The notes beneath the pieces are model-generated. The model was not told the DNA's origin and searched no databases. It saw only the letters and a program-made list of their open reading frames with translations. A stretch of DNA of 56,657 nucleotides from positions 1-56,657 of the forward strand of contig MCFE01000576.1 in assembly GCA_002104905.1 (NCBI GenBank), given 5' to 3'. How positions within the stretch are numbered: the first letter of the stretch is position 1; the number at the start of each line of letters is the position of its first letter. Made by a program: the position numbers and the translations under genes. Shown one piece after another: positions 50,079 through 56,657 of this stretch. The stretch is from Basidiobolus meristosporus CBS 931.73 (lineage: Eukaryota > Fungi > Basidiobolomycota).

Positions 50079-53000
50079 CTCCCACTCAGCTAAATGTTCA
50101 TACTGACTAGTCCTAATTTGGACCTAAGATATTCAAACTTGTCTCTAGCTAATGGTTTGGTAAATATGTCTGCAATCATTTCATCTGTGTGGACAGTAAA
50201 CTAAGCTAACTAAGCTATTCTCTATAGCTTCACGTATGAAATGATGTCTAATATCTATGTGCTTGGTTCTAGCATGAAAAGTTGGATTTCTACCTAATTG
50301 TATACATCCTTGATTATCTTGAAATAAAGTAATAGGCGTTTTTTGACATAGGCCTAAATCTGTAAACCGCTTTCTTAACCACATTGTTTGTTTTGTAGCT
50401 TCACAGGCTGCCATATACTCTGCCTCTGTGGTGGAGAGTGCTATGGTTGGTTGCTTTCTTGAATTCCATGAAATTGCTCCTTTACAGTAAAGAAAGGTGT
50501 ATCCTGTGGTGGATCTTCTGTCTTCTAAATTTCGTCCCCAATCTGCATCAGAGTATCCCACAAGATCTTGTTCTGAGTCCTTATAAGTGCATCTTAAGCA
50601 AATATCAGCAGTTCCTTTTAGGTATCTAAAAATCTGCTTAACTGCTGCAATATGATCAGATCCATAGTTCTGATTATGTTGGCTGACAACTCCCACTGAA
50701 TATGAGATATCTGGACATGTTCCAAGCATGATATACATCAGACTGCAAATCATAGATTGATAAGGAAAGTCAGGGCCTTCAGATGGCACCAAGCTCTCTT
50801 GATTTGGTTGAGTTTTGACCAAGTTAAGGTTTGTCTCCATTGGGGTAGCTGCCAGTTTACAGTCTTCCATTTTGTACTTCTTTAGTATATCTTGAATATA
50901 CTTGGATTGACTTAGGGTAATAGTCTGGGTACTTCTGTCTATGGAGAACTTAATCCCTTAGTAGTAACTAAGCTCTCCTAGATCAGACATCTTGAACTCC
51001 TTAGATAGGCTGGATTTAGTCTCTTCCAATGTTTCTAGGTTATTGGTGGCTATAATAAGATCATCCACATATAGTGCTAATAGAACTGGATTTGCTCTAT
51101 CTGGCTTATAGTATATACTATAGTCAGCATTACTTCTTTTGAAACTCAAAGATTCCAAATAAGAATCTATCTTGCAATTCCAGGCTCTTGGTGATTGTTT
51201 GAGACCATATAGTGACTTTTTAAGCTTACAGACCAAATGGGGGTTATCTTGGTCAACAAACCCATCAGGCTGGTCCATATACATGTCCTCATCAAGTTCT
51301 CCATTCAAAAATGCAGTTTTTACATCCATTTGATGAATAAAAAACTTATATTTTGCTGCAATAGCCAAAATTAATCTGATGGAATTAAACTTGGCTACCG
51401 GTGCAAAGGTCTCAGTATAGTCAAGTCCTTTTGTTTGAGAGTATCCCTTGGCTACAAGTCTTGCTTTGTATCTCTCAACTGTACCATCAGCCTTGTATTT
51501 TGTCTTGAAGACCCATCTGCATCCAATTGATTCTTGGTTGATTGGTAATTTGACTAAGTCCCAAGTTTGATTTTCTATCAGTGCCTGATATTCCTCAGTC
51601 ATTGCAGATCTCCAAAACTTTGTCTGAAGGCTATTTAGGGCCTCTTTTACAGTCTGGGGCTCATCAATATGGACTGAATAGGCATAGGCTACGTTTGTAC
51701 CCTCATTGATATAGTAATATGGGCTATTTCTTGTCTGATTTGATCTCCAGGCATTTGATACTGAAATGATTACTTCTGGGATATTCCTGGGCACTGATTC
51801 TGGCTGAACCACGGTTGTAGAGTCCTCTGGAGTGAAAAAAGTTTCATTGTTTTGCCCTGATTCAATCCTGACAACTTGTGGACTTGAGATCAAATTTTTG
51901 TCATCATCTGATGTCCTTTTTTGTGAAAATTTTGAATTTTCATCAAACAACACATCCCTGGACTTGATAAGCTTCTTTGCTTTGGTATTGTAGAGTCTGT
52001 TTGCCTTACTCTCATTGCAGTAGCCCAAAAATATGCATTTTACACTTTTTGGCTCAGATTTTGGCTGATTTCCGGCCAGTTTTTTGGCATATGCTGTATA
52101 CCCAAATATTCTTAGATGCTCTGCACTTGGTCTGTATCCATACCATGCTTCAAATGGAGTAGAATCACAAAGTATTCTGTTATAACTCCTATTTTTAAGA
52201 TATACAGCAGTGGCAACTGATTCCGCCCAAAAATCATAGGATAATTTTTGATCATGGATCATAGATCTTGCCATATCAATTATTGATCTGTTAGCTTGTT
52301 CTGCTACTCCATTTTGCTGTGGGGAGTATGGTACAGTAGTCTCTTGCTTTATCCCATGAATTTTGCAGAAGTGGTTGAAGAGTTTTGAGGTATATTCTCC
52401 ACCATTGTCAGAGCATATTTTCTTGATTTTTTCACCAGTTTCTCTCTCCACCATGGCTTTGAACTCCCTGAACTTAGACAGAGCTTCTTCCTTTCTCTCC
52501 ATTAAGTAGACCCATGTGTATCTTGTATAATCATCAATAAAAGTGATTAAATACTTCATCCTGCCTAAGGATAAATTTTGCGTAGGTCCACACAGATCTG
52601 AGTGAATTAGATCTAATTTTTTCTTAGTTTTGATTAACCCAGAGATCTTGAACAGTTGTCTGGCTTGTTTCCCATATATGCAGGCTTCACAGTGCTCTCA
52701 ATTAGCTGGGGGATCAATTTTCACTCCAGAAATTAGCTGATCTTTGATCATTTTACGCAAATAATCAAAATTGATGTGTCCAAATCTCCTGTTCTAAAGC
52801 ATTGGTGTTTATTCAATTAAGTTACTTATATTGGCTTCCAAATATGATGAAATATAAGTCAACTTGTATAGATTCTGATCTCTGATGCCCAAAGCAATAT
52901 GGGCGCCATTTTGATCAGTGATCCTGCATCCAGAATTGTCAAAACTGAAACTGAGTCCTTCTGCTGTGGCCTTGCTTACAGAGAGTAGGTTCCTGGCTAT

Positions 53001-54066
53001 TTCTGGTACATAGAGTACTTCTTTAAAGGTCAGTGTGTGGCTTCCTTCACTGCTTCTAAGGTTTACTTCAATAGTTCCTTCTCCCACTGCATCAAGTGTT
53101 CTATTGTCACCCATGAAAACCTTCTTAATTGGAATTTCTTGATATTGGGTAAAGGGTTCTTTTTGGTGTGTAAAGTGATGAAAAGCTCCAGACTCAATAT
53201 ACCACGTCTGAGAATCCTTATTTGTGGCCATATTTAGTGCAGATATGAACAGTCTATCTTCAGTTGTTGCAGCATTTCCATATTCAGGCTTCTTTTGCTG
53301 ATAATCTCTCTTTTTGAGACACCAGTCTGATGTGTGTCCTTTCCTTTTGCAGTAGTTGCAAAATAGGTTGCTGTTGCCTTTGTAGGGTCTTGGGTATCTC
53401 CTTTGTTGGCTATCATTGCTTACTAAAGCATTTTCTTCTTCCTTCTTATAGGTGCTTGATTTTCTTAATTCTTCATCCAGGAGCCTTCCATGTATGTAAT
53501 TTAAGCTCAAATCTTCAGTTCTTGACTCTAGGGCTGATACAAGGCCCTGAAACGTGTCTGTCAGGCTATTCCGGATGGTAACTATCACATCCTCATCAGT
53601 AGTTGGTACACCCACAGATTCCTTCTCATCTACCAGCAGGGTAATTCTGTTAATTAGATTTTTCATTTCTTCTCCTGGCAGCATCTTTGTAGTAAAGAAT
53701 TTTTGTCTCAGATACATTTTCTTGGCAGCTGAACATGACTTGTAGGTGTCTTCTAATGCCTTCCAGGCATTCTTTGCCGTTTTTGCTCTTGAGCATTGAA
53801 TTAGCAATTTGTCCTTAACATTAAGGCAAATGCAGTTAAAGGCACTTTGTTCTTTCTTCTGGTACTTTAATGCTTCCTCTCCCATGTTTTTAGGAGGGCA
53901 TTCCTCTCCCATTACAATATCCCAAAGGCCTCTTTCTTGTAGCAGCATCTTCATCTTCACCTTCCACACTTGGTAGTTAGATCCATCCAACTTTTCAGCA
54001 GAGGGAAAAATTCCAGTAATTGCAGTAGTAGACATTGCAGAGAGTGACAGCTTGGGGCTCATAACA

Positions 54067-54415
54067 TGTTGTAAGCGTCTTGGAGTTATTGGAAGTGATT
54101 GGGAGAACAAGTAGATTATGTGGTTTTCACTTGATGATTTATTGAATGTAAAAGTAGTATTTACACTTTTACCTGGTCTTGGCACTACAAGCATGTAGAA
54201 TAGGTTAAAGAAGGTCCCAAGAACATGTGTGCAAAGTTTGGGGCTGTTTGGACAACTTTGAGAATTTTCATATTCTGGGTACCTGGTATTTTGGTGAAAA
54301 TATTCAAAGTAAATCCCAACAAGGAATTTGGTTAGTATTTTCTAGGATTTGAAGGTGATGATCTAAGTGACTAAGTCAGGTGAATATTTAGATGGAAATA
54401 CAAATTTTTACAACA
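54067..54415 (-). repeat. 5' LTR of the full-length copia
   Basis: 349 bp; followed on the minus strand by PBS TGTTATGAGCCC overlapping the gag ATG (54062). Confidence 0.95.
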
Positions 54416-54515
54416 GAATAAACACATATCCAGTTCATCTAGTTGCTGCATTTGTGTTGTTGCAAATGTGTATGAATATCAATTGGAGCCCATGAGAAGT
54501 ACATAGGGTAGCAGA

Positions 54516-54641
54516 TGTTGTAAGAGTCTTGGAGATACTGGAAGTGATTTGGGAGGACAAGTAGATTATGTGGTTTTCACTTAATGATTTATTGAATGTA
54601 AAAGTAGTATTTATACTTTTACCTGGTCTTGGCATTACAAA
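54516..54641 (-). repeat. Partial LTR of the same family, interrupted by the next copia
   Basis: TGTTGTAAGAGTCTTGGAG... matches the first 126 bp of the 49730 LTR, then switches abruptly to the TGTTG of the opposite-strand LTR; no PBS on its flank. Confidence 0.9.
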
Positions 54642-56657
54642 TGTTGTAAAAATTTGTATTTCCACCTAAATATTCACCTAACTTAGTCACTTATATCACT
54701 ATCTTCAAATCCTAGAGAATACTGACCAAATTCCTTGTTGGGATTTACTTGGAATATTTTCACCAAAATACCAGGTACCCAGAACATGAAAATTCTCAAA
54801 GTTGTCCAAACAGCCCCAAACTTTGCACACATGTTCTTGGGACCTTCCTTAACCTATTGTACATGTTTGTAATGCCAAGACCAGGTAGAAGTGTAAATAC
54901 TACTTTTACATTCAATAAATCATTAAGCAAAAACCACATAATCTACTTGTTCTCCCAATCACTTCCAATATCTCCAAGACTCTTACAATAGGTTATGAGC
55001 CCTGAGCTGTCACTCTCTGTGATGTCTACTACTGCTATTACTGGAATTTTTCCCTCTGCTGAAAAGTTGGATGGATCTAACTACCAAGTGTGGAAGGTGA
55101 AGATGAAGATGCTGCTACAGGAAAGAGGACTTTGGGATATTGTAATGGGAGAGGAATGCCCTCCTAAAAACATGGGAGAGGAAGCCTTAAAGTACCAGAA
55201 GAAAGAACCAAGTGCCTTTAACTGCATTTGCCTTAATGTTAAGGACAAATTGCTAATTCAATGCTCAAGAGCAAAAATGGCAAAGAATTCCTGGAAGGCA
55301 TTAGAAGACACCTATCAGTCATGTTCAGCTGCCAAGAAAATTTATCTGAGACAAAAATTCTTTACTACAAAGATGCTGCCAGGAGAAGAAATGAAAAATC
55401 TAATTAACAGAATTACCCTGCTGGTAGATGAGATGGAATCTGTGGGTGTACCAACTACTGATGAGGATGTGATAGTTACCATCCTGAATAGCTTGACAGA
55501 CAAGTTTCAGGGCCTTGTATCAGCCCTAGAGTCAAGAACTGAAGATTTGACCTTAAATTACATATATGGAAGGCTCCTGAATGAAGAATTAAGAAAATCA
55601 AGCACCTATAAGAAGGAAGAAGAAAATGCTTTAGTAAGCAATGATAGCCAACAAAGGAGATACCCAAGACCCTACAAAGGCAACAGCAACCTATTTTGCA
55701 ACTACTGCAAAAGGAAAGGACACACATCAGACTGGTGTCTCAAAAAGAGAGATTATCAGCAAAAGAAGCCTGAATATGGAAATGCTGCAACAACTGAAGA
55801 TAGACTGTTCATATCTGCACTAAATATGACCACAAACAAGGATTCTCAGACGTGGTATATTGACTCTGGAGCTTCTCAACACTTTACACACCAAAAAGAA
55901 CTTTTTACCCAATATCAAGAAATTCCAATTAAGAAGGTTTTCATGGGTGACAATAGAACACTTGATGCAGTGGGAGAAAGAACTATCAGAGTAAACCTTA
56001 GAAGCAGTGAAGGAAGCCATACACTGACCTTTAAAGAAGTACTCTATGTACCAGAAATAGCCAGGAACCTACTCTCTGTAAGCAAGGCCACAGCAGAAGG
56101 ACTCAGTTTCAGTTTTGACAATTCTGGATGCAGGATCACTGATCAAAATGGTGCCCGTATTGCTTTAGGCATCAGAGATCAGACTCTATACAAGTTGACT
56201 TATATTCCATTGTATTTGGAAGCCCATATAAGTAACTTAAATGAAGAAACACCAATGCTTTGGCACAGGAGAGTTGGACACATCAATTTTGATTATTTGC
56301 GTAAAATGATCAAAGATCAGCTAATTTCTGGAGTGAAAATTGATCCCCCAGCTAATTGAGAGCACTGTGAGGCCTGCATATATGGGAAACAAGCCAGACA
56401 ACCGTTCAAGAGCTCTGGGTTAATCAAAACTAAGAAAAAATTAGATCTAATTCACTCAGATCTGTGTGGACCTATGCAAAATTTATCCTTAGGCAGGATG
56501 AAGTATTTAATCACTTTTATTGATGATTATACAAGATACACATGGGTCTACTTCATGGAGAGAAAGGAAGAAGCTCTGTCTAAGCTCAGGAAGTGCAAAG
56601 CCATGGTGGAGAGAGAAACTGGTGAAAAAATCAAGAAAATACGCTCTGACAATGGTG
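54642..56657 (+). mobile_element. Second Ty1/copia element (5' LTR 54642-54990, PBS 54991-55002, gag-PR-INT start), truncated by the window end
   Basis: TGTTG...CAATA LTR; PBS GGTTATGAGCCC; ORF 54995-56359 with KLDGSNYQVWK, CNYCKRKGHTSDWC, WYIDSGAS, LWHRRVGH; in-frame TGA at 56357, then EHCEAC, LDLIHSDLCGP, IRSDNG. Confidence 0.95.

Larger units (their letters stand above)
49730..54415 (-). mobile_element. Full-length (4686 bp) but inactivated Ty1/copia LTR retrotransposon
   Basis: 349-bp LTRs 49730-50078 and 54067-54415 (TGTTG...CAACA); TSD GAATA at 49725-49729 and 54416-54420; PBS 54055-54066; PPT 50079-50088; gag CX2CX4HX4C, PR, INT, RT (YVDD), RH (SDADW) in copia order; several in-frame stops and a +1 frameshift near 50190. 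Confidence 0.97.

Noticed and set aside
1-56657. CRISPR arrays, rRNA, prokaryotic operons
   Set aside because: No regularly spaced direct repeats or rRNA-like sequence; the DNA is eukaryotic and spliced

Overview
Intron-rich fungal genomic DNA (short GT-AG introns, CTAAC/CTGAC branch sites). The gene content suggests an early-diverging fungus (Zoopagomycota/Mucoromycota-like), which is an inference. About 0.8-45.7 kb is a CpG-normal gene island: a bacterial-type YdjM-like hydrolase, tRNA-Pro(CGG), H2B, neurochondrin, MSH2, RPL18, class 1A dihydroorotate dehydrogenase, OMA1-like peptidase, ornithine decarboxylase (ODC), a rhizoferrin-type NIS siderophore synthetase, DRS2 flippase, a small Con-6-like protein, RIC8, ATG17, a VIP36-like lectin, a CBM21 PP1-targeting subunit and a classical PTP. 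From about 45.8 kb to the end is a CpG-depleted transposon nest: copia relics, a CACTA-like transposase relic, a full-length copia with TSD, and a second copia nested head-to-head in an LTR. Top finding: ODC and the putrescine-consuming NIS synthetase are head-to-head neighbours, a candidate two-gene rhizoferrin cluster. The ODC leader also hides an AUG-less uORF ending in PPWxP (AZIN1/uCC-type polyamine sensor) that is absent from the ORF track. Together these suggest a polyamine-sensing, translationally controlled siderophore precursor supply module. All homology calls come from motif recognition, not database searches.
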